A stretch of 64,000 nt of DNA from an uncultured Gemmatimonadales bacterium (GTDB lineage Bacteria > Gemmatimonadota > Gemmatimonadetes > Longimicrobiales > RSA9), in NCBI GenBank assembly GCA_963798085.1, contig CAWCRS010000005.1, positions 704,001 to 768,000 of the forward strand. The letters are read 5' to 3'. A model generated the notes under the pieces. It was not told where the DNA came from and did not search any database. It saw nothing but the letters and a program-made list of their open reading frames with translations. The position numbers were made by a program, and so were the translations under genes. Shown here in pieces: positions 41,693 through 56,112 of this stretch. Position 1 is the stretch's first letter. Each line of letters starts with the position of its first letter.

Positions 41693-42672
41693 GCCTCGTC
41701 GACTTTCACAACCATTTCTATCCGCCGGAATACCTGCGTGCCCTGCGCGAAGGCGGCTCCAGCGTGCGCGTGACCACGGACCGCGAGGGCAACCCCGTAC
41801 TGCACTATCCCGGCGACTACAACGTGGCGGTGCGCGGCCATCGCGACATCGTCTATCGCCAGGAAGTGCTGGAAGAGGCCGGTGTCGACCGGCAGGTGCT
41901 CAGCTTCACGTCGCCGGGCACACACGTCGAGGAACCGAAGCGCGCGGTGGTGCTCGCGCGGCTCGTTAACGACGCGTTTGCCGAGATCGTGCGTGCCCGC
42001 GGCGAGCATTTCACAGCGCTGGCGACGCTGCCGCTCAATGATGCGCCCGCGTCGCTGCGTGAATTCCAGCGGGCCACCGACGAGCTGGGGTTGCCGGGTG
42101 CCATGCTGTTCAGCAATGTGAACGGTCTGTCCCTGGCGGATGAAGGCTACTGGCCGCTGTACGAGGCGGCGGCGGCGCGCGGGGCCGTGCTCTACATCCA
42201 CCCCATCCATCCGGTCGGCGTGGAAGCGATGACCGAGTACTGGCTCATGCCGCTCGTCGGGTTTCCCTTCGACACGACACTGGCTGCGGCCAAGCTGGTG
42301 TTCAGCGGCGTGGTGGAACGCTTCCCGGGAATCCGCTGGGTGCTCACCCACCTGGGCGGCGCCATTCCCTACCTGGCGGAGCGGCTGGACCGTGGCTTCG
42401 AGGCCTTCGAGGAGTGTCGTCGCTTCATCGATCGGCCGCCCAGCGACTACCTGCGCGCGTTCTGGTACGACACGGTCAACTTCAATCCCGCGGCGCTGCG
42501 GCTGGCGCTGGAATTCGCGGGACCCGGTCAGATCGTCGCGGGGAGCGACTATCCGCACGCGATCGGCAGCCTGGCGAAGATGAAGGAGAGCCTGGCTGCG
42601 CTCGAGCTGGCGGCGGATGCGCGGGCCGCCGTGACCGGCGGCAATGCCGAGCGACTGCTGAAGCTGCGTTAG
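41689..42672 (+). CDS. amidohydrolase family 2 protein (ACMSD-like decarboxylase/hydrolase)
   Basis: DFHNH, YIHP, THLGGAIP...RLD, GSDYPH; ATGA-coupled to the permease. Confidence 0.9.
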   Translation: MSLVDFHNHFYPPEYLRALREGGSSVRVTTDREGNPVLHYPGDYNVAVRGHRDIVYRQEVLEEAGVDRQVLSFTSPGTHVEEPKRAVVLARLVNDAFAEIVRARGEHFTALATLPLNDAPASLREFQRATDELGLPGAMLFSNVNGLSLADEGYWPLYEAAAARGAVLYIHPIHPVGVEAMTEYWLMPLVGFPFDTTLAAAKLVFSGVVERFPGIRWVLTHLGGAIPYLAERLDRGFEAFEECRRFIDRPPSDYLRAFWYDTVNFNPAALRLALEFAGPGQIVAGSDYPHAIGSLAKMKESLAALELAADARAAVTGGNAERLLKLR

Positions 42673-42691
42673 CGGGCGGGGGACGCCGGGC

Positions 42692-46647
<3,956 letters not shown>

Positions 46648-46651
<4 letters not shown>

Positions 46652-48147
46652 GATGCCATCCTCGTACGCACCGCTTCCTCGCCCGCAGCGATGGGCTGCC
46701 CCGCCGCGGTGCGCTCCAGTTCCGCTTTCTGGTCAGCATTCCAGCTGCCAGTTCGCGCCATCCGTCCCCAAGAAGAATCGGCGCGTCGGAGCCAGCGCCA
46801 CATACCCTGGACCCGCCAGACCGCCGTGAGCTGCCGATACCCGAGGTTCTCGAAGACCGCGGCGGCCATGAGGGCCAGCACCTGGCGGACGCTCGGATAG
46901 GTGTCGTAGGAGGCTTCTTCCAGCAGCACGGCGGTGAGCGTCAGCACGATGCCCAGGCCCAGCGCCACGAGCGTGAACGCCAGGAAACCACCTGGTGTGA
47001 TCAGGTGGAGCGCGAAACCAATCCCCATGACCAGGTAGCCGGCGACCTCGAACAGCGGACCCAATCCTTCGAACAGCAGCAGGAAGGGCATGGCGAACCA
47101 GCCCAGCAGGCCGGCGCGCGGATGGAAGAGCAGTTCCCGGTGCAGCGTCATGCACTCCATGAGGCCGCGATGCCAGCGGATGCGCTGGTTGCGCAGCGTG
47201 CGCAGGTCCTCGGGCGCTTCCGTCCAGCACACGGGATCGGGCACGAAGCAGACGCGATAGGGCTTGCCCTGCAGGCGGAAATGACGATGGATGCGCAGCA
47301 CCAGGTCCATGTCTTCCGCGAGCGTTTCGTGGCTGTAGCCGCCCAGCTCAATGACCGTCTCCTTGTGGAACATGCCGAACGCGCCGGATATGAGCGGCAG
47401 TGCGTCGAGCGCGGAAAAGCCGATGCGGCCGAAGAGGAACGCGCGCAGGTACTCCACGATCTGCACCAGCGCCAGCGGATTGCGCGGCAGTCCCACCCGG
47501 GTCAGGAAGCCACCGCTCACTTCGCAGCCATTCAGGATGCGCACGATGCCGCCGGCGGCGACGGTGCGCGGGTCGTCCAGGAAGGGCTGCACCAGCAGGC
47601 GGATGCTGTTGCGCTGCAGCACGCTGTCCGCATCGAGAGGACAGACGAGTGGATAGCGCGCCGCATTGATGCCTGCGTTGGCGGCGTCGGATTTGCGCCC
47701 GCCATTTTCCTTGTCGACGACGCGCAGCTCAGGATGGATGCGCGACTGGTAGATGGTGCGTACCGGCTTGTGCGGCACGCGCGGACGGAAGGCTTCGGGA
47801 AAAGCGACGAGGTCGAATTCGCGTGTCAGAACGTCGAGCGTACCGTCCTTCGAGCCGTCGTTGACCACGATGATCTCGAATTCGGGATAGTCGGTCTGCA
47901 GCAGTGAGTGAACCGAGTCCGCAATGACGCTTTCCTCGTTGAATGCGGTGACAATGAGACTGACGGGCGGCTCGAAGCCGCTCTCGGGCTGTGGCAGACC
48001 GGAGAGCACGCGGCGGCGCACGTAGGGCGGCAGCGTGAAAAACGTCACGACATTGAGGATGATGTAGCCGCCGTTGATGCCTACGAAGAAGCCGAGTGCG
48101 ATCCACTGGAAGGCGTGAAAGAGGGACAGTGCAATGGCGGTCAGCAT
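46648..48147 (-). CDS. processive GT2 glycosyltransferase (PgaC/IcaA-like)
   Basis: VNDGSKD, KENGGRK, LDAD, EDMD, WTEAPE...QRIRW; C-terminal TM helices. Confidence 0.93.
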
Positions 48148-49217
48148 GCCAGCTCCCGTTCCGCGATCACCTGGCGCAGGATGTCGCGACCGTAGGGATC
48201 CTCGACCGTTTCGCTCAGCCGGCGCAGCCGGCGCGTGTCCATGAACGGCAGGCGCGCCAGGCTCTGTGCCACGCGGTAGCGCACCCACCACTGTGAATCG
48301 GCGAGCGCCACCACGAGATGTACCTCATCGTCGCGCGTTCCCATGCGGCCCAGGGTGAGCGCGGCCTGCAGGCGAACCTGCCAGTGCGGGCTGTACAGCA
48401 GGGCTCGCACGTCATCCAGCAGTGAGGGATCTTTCACGACGCGCAGTGCCGTGCTCACGACTTCGACAGCGTCGCTCTGCTGCAGGAAGCGGCGTATTAC
48501 GGGGGCGGCGGCATCCGCGTGCGCCAGCTCGAGCAGGCGTATCAGTCGCGGCGCGAGCGCCGGATCGGCGGCGGCCGCCGCCGCGGTGAGCGGCCCGGAA
48601 ACCGCGGCCGGCCCCGCCTCGGCCAGCACGGTCGCGACGCCCGCCGCCGGCCAGTCCTCGCGCTGTGCGATGAGATTCACGATGAGTGGTGCGGCGCGCA
48701 CGCCATCGATACGGGCGAGCGCCTTGGCTGCACACAGTGAGACCGTGGTGTCGGATTCCTGCACGATGCGCTCGAGGTCCGCACTCAGGGCGAGGTCACC
48801 CAGGTGACCGGCCGCGGTGAGCGCAACCAGCCGGTTGCGCACGCCGCCGTGGCGCACGAGCCGCGCGACCTGGCGGTCCGCGCGCACCCGGATGGCCACG
48901 CGGTTGAGCCGGTCCCTCGCCTGATCGCGCAGGGTTTCCTGCAGAAAATTCCAGATCAACAGAAACTCCGGGACATCGCGCCGCCGCAGGCGAGGCAGTC
49001 GCGCGGGAAAATCATCGACGCAGGAGGCCAGCAGCGGCTCCCACACGGCGCGGAACTGCTGCGCCCGGCGGCGCCGCCTGGCCAGCAGCAGGCGCAGTCC
49101 CAGGATCTGGGCGAGCAGTACAGCCAGCAGCGCGGCGACGATGCGGAACAGCGACCACGCCACGGACTCGAAGACCACGGACGAAGCTGCGACCGGAATC
49201 AGGGCCGGAAACACCAT
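48141..49217 (-). CDS. membrane-anchored HEAT repeat protein
   Basis: N-terminal TM; repeats such as WQVRLQAALTLGRMG and WWVRYRVAQSLARL. Confidence 0.9.
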   Translation of the reverse strand: MVFPALIPVAASSVVFESVAWSLFRIVAALLAVLLAQILGLRLLLARRRRRAQQFRAVWEPLLASCVDDFPARLPRLRRRDVPEFLLIWNFLQETLRDQARDRLNRVAIRVRADRQVARLVRHGGVRNRLVALTAAGHLGDLALSADLERIVQESDTTVSLCAAKALARIDGVRAAPLIVNLIAQREDWPAAGVATVLAEAGPAAVSGPLTAAAAAADPALAPRLIRLLELAHADAAAPVIRRFLQQSDAVEVVSTALRVVKDPSLLDDVRALLYSPHWQVRLQAALTLGRMGTRDDEVHLVVALADSQWWVRYRVAQSLARLPFMDTRRLRRLSETVEDPYGRDILRQVIAERELAC

Positions 49218-49249
49218 GCGGCAACCCGCCGGACCGGGTTAACAGTGTG

Positions 49250-49681
49250 TCAGGGCAGAAAGCGACGGACGCGCGCGGCCAGTTCCTCGAGCTTGAACGG
49301 CTTGACCACGTAATCGTTGGCGCCGGCATCCAGCGCGCGAACGACGTTGCGCTCCTGCGCCTTCGCCGTGAGCATGATGACGGGGACTTCCTCCCAGCCG
49401 GGCGTGGCGCGCATCTGCTTGATGACCTCGAAGCCGTCCTTGTAGGGCAGCATGAGGTCGAGCAGGACGAGACCCGGCGGCTCACCATTGAGACGCGCGA
49501 CGGCCTGCCGCCCGTCCACCGCGGTTTCGACGCGGTACCCACGCCGCTCCAGCAGATGGCGCAGCATGGTCACGATGATCCCGTTGTCCTCTACCACCAT
49601 GACCGTGCGCGGGCGATCGCCCTGCGCCGGTGTCGCTTCCTCTACCGGCTTCACCATGGCTGCATCTTCACTGGCCATCAT
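49250..49681 (-). CDS. single-domain response regulator
   Basis: VMVVEDN, VLLDLMLP.KDG, IMLTA, GANDYVVKPF; no output domain. Confidence 0.93.
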   Translation of the reverse strand: MMASEDAAMVKPVEEATPAQGDRPRTVMVVEDNGIIVTMLRHLLERRGYRVETAVDGRQAVARLNGEPPGLVLLDLMLPYKDGFEVIKQMRATPGWEEVPVIMLTAKAQERNVVRALDAGANDYVVKPFKLEELAARVRRFLP

Positions 49682-49895
49682 GCCGTATTTCCCCGCGTCC
49701 GATCAGGGTGCGAACCGCTCGTGCGCACGCACCTGCCGCCGCCGCCGGATTCCGGCCAACGCCGCCAGCTGTCTCCTGCCTGCGCGCACACGACTCGCGT
49801 ACGCCTGTGAGGAGTATCGGCCGCGTACGGGGAGTTCCTTAGGTCGCGGGAAAACGCTGCGGGTTGCCGGGCGCTGGTTGCTGGGGCAACGAATT

Positions 49896-51989
49896 TCAAT
49901 CCGTTCCGACCTGCCACTGCCAGAACAACAAGGCGTCCGTCATGTCTTCGATCTGCTTGTTGACGGGAGCGCCGCCGGAGTGGCCGGACCTGGTGTCGTA
50001 CAGGAGCAGCACGGGATGCCTGCCGCTGGTGGCGGCCTGCAGGCGGGCGGTCATTTTGCGCGCGTGCAGGGGCGCGACGCGCGTGTCGCCATCGCCGGTG
50101 ACCAGCAGCACGGCAGGATAGTCAACACCCTGTTTGACGTTCTGGTAGGGCGAGTAGGCGAGCAGCGCGGGGAACTGGTCGGCATTGTCCGCGGAGCCGT
50201 ACTCGGGGACCCAGAAGGACGCGACCAGGAATTTCTGGTAGCGGATCATGTCGAGCAGCGGATACTCGCAGATGACGGCGCGGAAGAGATCGGGCCGCTG
50301 CGTGAGCGCGGCGCCCACCAGCAACCCGCCGTTGCTGCCGCCCTCGATGCCCAGCTTCTGCGGATTCGTGTACTTCTGTTCGACCAGGTATTGCGCAGCG
50401 CCAATGAAGTCATCGAAAACATGCTGTTTGCCGCCCAGCATGCCGGCCTGGTGCCAGGCTTCCCCGAATTCGCCGCCGCCGCGCAGGTTGGCCAGGGCAT
50501 AGACACCGCCGTGTTCGGCTACGATCACGGCTTCTGTGGAGAAGCCGGGTGTCAGGCTGATGTTGAAGCCGCCGTAGCCGGTGAGCAGCACCGGGTTCTG
50601 TCCGTTCCGCTGCAGATCCTTGCGATGCACGAGGAACATGGGCACGCGCGTGCTGTCCTTCGAGCGATACCAGACCTGTTCCACGGTCAGATCTTCCGCG
50701 TGAATGGGCACGCGTGGAGCGAACCAGACGCTGCGCTCGCCGGTGCCGGCGTCGTAGCGGTAGGTCGTGGCCGGGATGTAGAACGATGTGAACGTGTAGA
50801 ACACCTCGCTGCTGCCCCAGCGTCCGCCCACGCCCGCCACACTGCCGACCGCAGGCAGCTCCATGCTCTGCTGGTGGCGGCCATCGAGGTCATACGTGTC
50901 GAGGCGCGACTGCACATCCTTCAGTGTGGTGACGAAGAGTCGGCCGGCCACCGCGGAAACCGCTTCGATCACGGCATCGCCGGCCGGCACGATCTCCTTC
51001 CAGGCCGCGCGCTCGGGATGCGCCAGCGATACGCGCAGCACGCGACCGTTGGGCGCGTTCCAGTTGGTCTGCAGCACGACATCGTTGCCCGCGAACGACG
51101 GCAGGAAGCGCGCGGGTATGTCGGAAACGAGTGTGCGCACGGGCCCATCCCGGGTCAGGTCCTTGTAGTGCACCTCGGTCTGGTCCGCCGCGGATCCGTG
51201 GAACACGATGATGCCCAGCCAGTGCCCGTCGTCCGTGGTCGATGTGATGATGATCTTCTCGGGGGTGTAGCCCTCACCGAAGATCAGCCGGTCGGGTGCG
51301 CTGCCGTGCATGTCGTGATACCAGACGCGCGCACCCGTGCTGTCGCCGCGCGAATAGTAGACGCCGCTGCGATCGGGCAGCATGCTGACACCGTAATAGC
51401 GGGCACGCGGCAGCTTGTAGTCGAGGTCCTTTGCCGTCGCAACATCGAAGAAGCGGACCTCGGTCTCGTCTTCCCCACCCTGCCGCACGTCGTAGGTGAC
51501 GAGGTCTCCATTGCGCGAGACGCCGTTCAGGCTCACGCTGGTGCGCATGTCCGGGCTCATGCCCGCCGGATCGATAAGCCTGCGGTCGACGCCCTGGCGG
51601 CCTTCCCGCATGTAGATCACCGGCAGCTGCTGGTCCGCCGCGCGCTTCATGAAGAAGTAGCGGCCGCCATGCTCGACGGGCGGCGTGACATCGTCGACGC
51701 GCAGCAGCTCGGCAATGCGGTCCTGCAGGGCGGCGCGACCGGGCACGGTGTCGAGAATCGCGTGCGCGTAGCGGTTCTGCGCATCGATCCAGGCGCGCGT
51801 CTCCGGACTCTGCTGATCCTCGAGCCAGCGATAGGGATCCGGCACCGGCGTGCCGTGCAGCGTATCGGTCACCACCGTGACCCGCGTCGCTGGCGGCGCG
51901 TTAGCGCTCCGGCCTTCGCCACACGCCGCAGCCAGCAGCGCGAGCACCAGCACCCCCAGCCGCAGAACCCGCCCATCCAGACCGTCCAT
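49896..51989 (-). CDS. prolyl oligopeptidase (S9A), probable lipoprotein
   Basis: LLAAAC lipobox; PDPYRWLED, GYGGF, NLRGGGEFG..WH, GGSNGGLL, DTRV.P.H..K, GHSGG. Confidence 0.95.
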   Translation of the reverse strand: MDGLDGRVLRLGVLVLALLAAACGEGRSANAPPATRVTVVTDTLHGTPVPDPYRWLEDQQSPETRAWIDAQNRYAHAILDTVPGRAALQDRIAELLRVDDVTPPVEHGGRYFFMKRAADQQLPVIYMREGRQGVDRRLIDPAGMSPDMRTSVSLNGVSRNGDLVTYDVRQGGEDETEVRFFDVATAKDLDYKLPRARYYGVSMLPDRSGVYYSRGDSTGARVWYHDMHGSAPDRLIFGEGYTPEKIIITSTTDDGHWLGIIVFHGSAADQTEVHYKDLTRDGPVRTLVSDIPARFLPSFAGNDVVLQTNWNAPNGRVLRVSLAHPERAAWKEIVPAGDAVIEAVSAVAGRLFVTTLKDVQSRLDTYDLDGRHQQSMELPAVGSVAGVGGRWGSSEVFYTFTSFYIPATTYRYDAGTGERSVWFAPRVPIHAEDLTVEQVWYRSKDSTRVPMFLVHRKDLQRNGQNPVLLTGYGGFNISLTPGFSTEAVIVAEHGGVYALANLRGGGEFGEAWHQAGMLGGKQHVFDDFIGAAQYLVEQKYTNPQKLGIEGGSNGGLLVGAALTQRPDLFRAVICEYPLLDMIRYQKFLVASFWVPEYGSADNADQFPALLAYSPYQNVKQGVDYPAVLLVTGDGDTRVAPLHARKMTARLQAATSGRHPVLLLYDTRSGHSGGAPVNKQIEDMTDALLFWQWQVGTD

Positions 51990-52067
51990 GATCGCATCGT
52001 CCTTTGCCAGTGCCGAATCGCGCACCACGCACCTGACCATCAGTTAAGCGCTACGCAGTTCAGTCCG

Positions 52068-52562
52068 TCAGAAGTCCAACCCCGAATCATCGACATGCGC
52101 GGGATCGTCCTCGCGTCCCATGCGGCGCGCCTGGTCGGCGGTGAGCGGCTGGCGTCCGGCGAAACCGCCGTCGACCTCGTGCCAGGCGGCGATACGGCGC
52201 TCGCCACTGCGCCAGCAGAGGTAGACCCAGCGACCCTGCCAGGTGGTGGGAAAATCGAGCAGTCCCTCGGCGAGTCCGCCGGCGGGAAAGCGAATGCCGC
52301 GCGCCGCAATCTCCTGTTCCACCAGCGCCTCGATCTCGTGCGCCGCGGTACGAATGGCGGACTGGTGCTGATTGAACTCGGCGTGATCCGGATTGTCCGG
52401 CTGGCGCACGCGCTCGCCCCACAGCACGTCGAGCAGCTGCAGCTGTTCGTGCCGGTCCTCGAGCGCGTGAGCGTGCTCACGCATGCCCGCGATCACCTCT
52501 TCCAGGCGAGGCAGCAGCTGATTGGCTTCATCGACGGTGTAGGCCTTGCGCATGTCGCTCAT
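52068..52562 (-). CDS. DUF2203 family protein
   Basis: [11 protein letters not shown]...GLLDFP...[29 protein letters not shown] overlap with the upstream gene. Confidence 0.9.
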   Translation of the reverse strand: MSDMRKAYTVDEANQLLPRLEEVIAGMREHAHALEDRHEQLQLLDVLWGERVRQPDNPDHAEFNQHQSAIRTAAHEIEALVEQEIAARGIRFPAGGLAEGLLDFPTTWQGRWVYLCWRSGERRIAAWHEVDGGFAGRQPLTADQARRMGREDDPAHVDDSGLDF

Positions 52563-55558
52563 CAGTAATTGGAACCCAGTTCCAGATAGAAGCGCACGCC
52601 ATCCGATGGTCCGCGCACGGGCGCACCGAAACCGCCGCGCAGCCGGCCCGTGAAGATGCCGGCGAATCCGATGTCGAAGACCAGTTCGGCGCCCGTACCC
52701 ATGATGGGGGTCGGCACACTCTCGGCAAAGGCGCAGGTCGCACTGATGCGGCGTTGCGCGCTCGTGCACCAGGCATCGCCGGCGTCGAGGAACGCGGCGG
52801 CGGACACGCGGTCGATGAAGAAGGGACTGAGCAGCGGGCGCCGTCCCATGAGTGCGAGCGGCACGCGCCATTCGGCACTCGCCGTCCAGGCGCGCGAGCC
52901 GGCCAGCGCGCCGTAGCGGAAACCACGCACGGGCAGCAGTCGCGAGCCGCCCGAGATGCCGTAGCCGAGGACGTTCGCCGCGCCACCGGTACTGCCGCCC
53001 ACGCGCTGCAGCGAAGCACCCGGCCCGTCGCTCAGGAAGCCGCTGGCGCGCAGCGCCAGCACATGGTGCGCGAAAGCGCCCAGCGAGACCGCCCGGTACA
53101 GCGCAGCCAGGCCGCGCAGCTCATTGAAGTCACGCGGGTGTGCGCCCGTCGAGTCGCGGAACACGGTGCCCGCATCCTCGAGCGAGCGCTTGGCGCTCAG
53201 CGCCAGCAGCACGCCGTTCTCCCGGCTCACTGCCAGCGGTGGCGTTCGGGTGTTGGCGAAGGACAGCCGGCCCAGCAGGTCGAACTGGTGATCCTCGGGA
53301 TCCGCCAGGCGGAATCCGGGCGCGTCCAGCCGGTCCTTGAAGATCTCGCGCTCCACGCCCACCGAAAGCAATGTCGTGTTACGCCAGCGCCGGCGCTGCA
53401 GCGTGATCAGGCCGGCCAGCGCGTCGTCACGCTCCAGCAGCTGCCCGAACGACGTGTCCGGCGGCGTCCGCCGGGTGTCGATCAGGCGCAGTGTGCCCAG
53501 GTCATCCCAGCTGCGGCTGGCCTCGATGCTGAACAGCGGATTGCCTAACCGTGCGTTTGTGTAGTCGAAGAAGCCATTCCAGCGGCCCGAGCCCTGCACG
53601 TCGAACGTCAGCTCCGCCGTGAAGGCGTGACGGCCCACCAGATCCTGGCCCGCGATGGCGGCACCCAGGAAAGTTCCGGCGCCGGCATTGTCGTACAGCA
53701 CGGGCTGCCACGCTTTCGGTGCGAGCGACTGCCAGGGTGAGTAGGCCCGCCTCGCAAGAGGCGCCGCGACATCGCCATCACCACCCGATTCGCTCTGCTG
53801 CGCCAGCACGCGCGCGGGCTGCGGATCACGCCACGCCGCCGGATCGAATGGCATGCGCTCGATGGCGTAGCCGTTGGCGTGGTAGCCGGAGAAATAGATG
53901 GTGCGGCCGTCGCGCGAGATCTCCGGATCGAAGGCGCCGCCCAGAACGCTGGTGACCTGACGCAGCCTCGGAGGCGCATCGTCGCCCGCACTGACGGCAT
54001 AGAGGTTGGCGATGCCGGTACGGTCCGACGAGAAGAGGACCCAGCGACCGTCGGGTGACCACGTGGGCGCCACATTCAAGGCGAGGCCTGTGGCCAGTGT
54101 GGCCTGTACCTGGCCGGTCGTGTCCAGCACGACGATGTCATAGTCGCCGCCGCGGCGGAAGCGGCCCGCGGCGATGCGTGTGCCGTCGGGTGACCAGCGC
54201 GGGAACGTCCAGAGAACGGCGGGATCCGCGGCCGTGAGCGGCGTCGTGGTGCGCGTGGACATGCGGAACAGCGCGAGACGAGCCGCGCCGTCCCCATTCT
54301 GCACGGCGATCACGCGCTCGCCATCGGATGCGACGTCCGGATTCTGCAGTCGTTGGCCATGCGTGAGCCGACCATCACCGCCCTGCATCTGCCACAGGTC
54401 GGAGCGAATGCGGTAGCTGCCATCGAATTCGAGCTGCGAGAGTACGATCGAGCCACGCGGCGTCCAGCTCATGGGCGCGAGCCCGTTGGTGCGCCATGAT
54501 GCGACTCGCCTGCCGGTGGCGAGATCGATCACGTACGTGGCCGTCACGTTGGCGCCATCTTCCGCGGCGTACGCGAGGCGCGCGCCGTCGGGAGAAACGC
54601 GCGGGCGACTGGCCCAGCGACCGTGTGTCGTGAGCCGCTCCGATGTTGTGAGGCCGGTTGCGCGCAGCGCGTCGGCCTGCTGCCGGAAGCGCTGCTCGAG
54701 CGCCGCACGCCAGGCGGCGTACGCATCGTCGAAGCTCATGCCGAACGTGCGCCTCGCCACCTGATCGAAGAACAGGAACGGGGGCAGCGCGGCACTCGCG
54801 GTATTGTTAACCATGCGTTTGTGCACGTCCGCGCCGAAGCGCTCGCTCAGGTACTCCATGAAGAGCGAGCCGTAAACGTACGCGCGTTGATCGCCGGGCC
54901 AGATGGGCGACGACTCGTTGAGCCGGTCCATGTGATCCGGCTCGCCTTCCAGCATGGCCATGCGCACGATCATCTCGTGGTTGCTGCCATGCGCGCGCCC
55001 CAGTCCGGTGAACGCCGATTCCACATCCACGGCCAGGCCTTCCGTGCTCCAGCGCGGTGTGTTCACGGCGGGAAACATGGGGAAGAGCAGCTGCATGCGG
55101 CCGAACACCGCGCGCATCGCGCGGCCCAGGCCGCCGCTGCGATCGAGATGGAAGATGTGCGTGACCTCGTGCGAGACGACGAGATCGATCCAGTCGTTGG
55201 TGTAGCCCAGCGCGGCGTCGTCCACGGCGGGTCGCGCGTAGATGGTCACCCGTGAAGAGGGGAAGACGCTGGCGAAGCCGTTCGAGAAATCGACATCGTC
55301 CGACAGCACAATGTCGATCCTGCTTCGCGGCGGACGCGTCAGGTCCTGCGCCAGGAACGTCCACGTCTGCTCCGCCACGCGCGACGCGCGCCGGGCCACG
55401 TCTTCGAGGCCCGGACCGTACGTGACACGGAAATGCGTCGACTCGAGCACGCGATACGGCGAGTTCGGGCGCACCTGTGCGACCACTGCCGCCGGCCCGG
55501 CGACGGACAGCGTCAGCAACCAGGCCAGCAGGGCTCGTTTGCGCATTCTCGTCGGCAT
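52562..55558 (-). CDS. outer-membrane Omp85-family protein with N-terminal HExxH zincin-like domain and TolB/PD40 propeller
   Basis: Signal peptide; SHEVTHIFH...W.TEGLA; PRVSPDG/PRWSPDG/PTWSPDG repeats; LLPVRGF and AFLDAGDAW barrel motifs; aromatic C-terminus. Confidence 0.82.
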   Translation of the reverse strand: MPTRMRKRALLAWLLTLSVAGPAAVVAQVRPNSPYRVLESTHFRVTYGPGLEDVARRASRVAEQTWTFLAQDLTRPPRSRIDIVLSDDVDFSNGFASVFPSSRVTIYARPAVDDAALGYTNDWIDLVVSHEVTHIFHLDRSGGLGRAMRAVFGRMQLLFPMFPAVNTPRWSTEGLAVDVESAFTGLGRAHGSNHEMIVRMAMLEGEPDHMDRLNESSPIWPGDQRAYVYGSLFMEYLSERFGADVHKRMVNNTASAALPPFLFFDQVARRTFGMSFDDAYAAWRAALEQRFRQQADALRATGLTTSERLTTHGRWASRPRVSPDGARLAYAAEDGANVTATYVIDLATGRRVASWRTNGLAPMSWTPRGSIVLSQLEFDGSYRIRSDLWQMQGGDGRLTHGQRLQNPDVASDGERVIAVQNGDGAARLALFRMSTRTTTPLTAADPAVLWTFPRWSPDGTRIAAGRFRRGGDYDIVVLDTTGQVQATLATGLALNVAPTWSPDGRWVLFSSDRTGIANLYAVSAGDDAPPRLRQVTSVLGGAFDPEISRDGRTIYFSGYHANGYAIERMPFDPAAWRDPQPARVLAQQSESGGDGDVAAPLARRAYSPWQSLAPKAWQPVLYDNAGAGTFLGAAIAGQDLVGRHAFTAELTFDVQGSGRWNGFFDYTNARLGNPLFSIEASRSWDDLGTLRLIDTRRTPPDTSFGQLLERDDALAGLITLQRRRWRNTTLLSVGVEREIFKDRLDAPGFRLADPEDHQFDLLGRLSFANTRTPPLAVSRENGVLLALSAKRSLEDAGTVFRDSTGAHPRDFNELRGLAALYRAVSLGAFAHHVLALRASGFLSDGPGASLQRVGGSTGGAANVLGYGISGGSRLLPVRGFRYGALAGSRAWTASAEWRVPLALMGRRPLLSPFFIDRVSAAAFLDAGDAWCTSAQRRISATCAFAESVPTPIMGTGAELVFDIGFAGIFTGRLRGGFGAPVRGPSDGVRFYLELGSNY

Positions 55559-55761
55559 GCGTGCTGCGTTGTGGTCGTCTCCAGCGCCCCAAGATAGGCC
55601 AACGCCGGGGCAGGTGCGAACCGGACGGGCCGGTCCGGGTTGCCACCGCGCGAGAGGCATATGAACCTTATGGATTCCGGAGTGCAACGTTCCTGGCAGG
55701 AACCCATGTCAAACCGGGCACGATACCCCTAATCTCGCGATGGGTGTGGAGGCTGCAGAAA

Positions 55762-56112
55762 ATGAGTGAGTCGATCAGGCTGCTGCGCGGTACGCTGGAC
55801 GTGATGGTGCTGAAGGCGCTGTCCTGGGGCCCCCTGCACGGGTACGCGATCTCGCGCTGGATCGCGGACACGACCGAGGACGCGTTCAGCATCCAGGAGG
55901 GTGCGCTCTATCCGGCGCTGCGCCGTCTGGAGGAGAAAGGGCTCGTGGAATCGCGCTGGGCTGTGACGGAAACGGGTCGCGAGGCACGCTTCTACCAGCT
56001 CACCGCCACGGGCCGCCAGCAGCTGGGCGCGGAAGTGCGGTTGTGGTCGCGCTACGTGCACGCCATGTCGCGCGTGCTGCAGGCGCTCTCGCCGCGAACG
56101 GAGGGCGCATGA
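55762..56112 (+). CDS. PadR family transcriptional regulator
   Basis: LLRGTLDVMVLKALSWGPLHGYAI...EGALYPALRRLE...GREARFYQLT; GGAGG RBS. Confidence 0.95.
   Translation: MSESIRLLRGTLDVMVLKALSWGPLHGYAISRWIADTTEDAFSIQEGALYPALRRLEEKGLVESRWAVTETGREARFYQLTATGRQQLGAEVRLWSRYVHAMSRVLQALSPRTEGA

Noticed and set aside
38918..42672. 924-aa permease and 725-aa amidohydrolase as listed in the ORF track
   Set aside because: The N-terminal extensions overlap other real genes; true starts are near 40367 and 41689.
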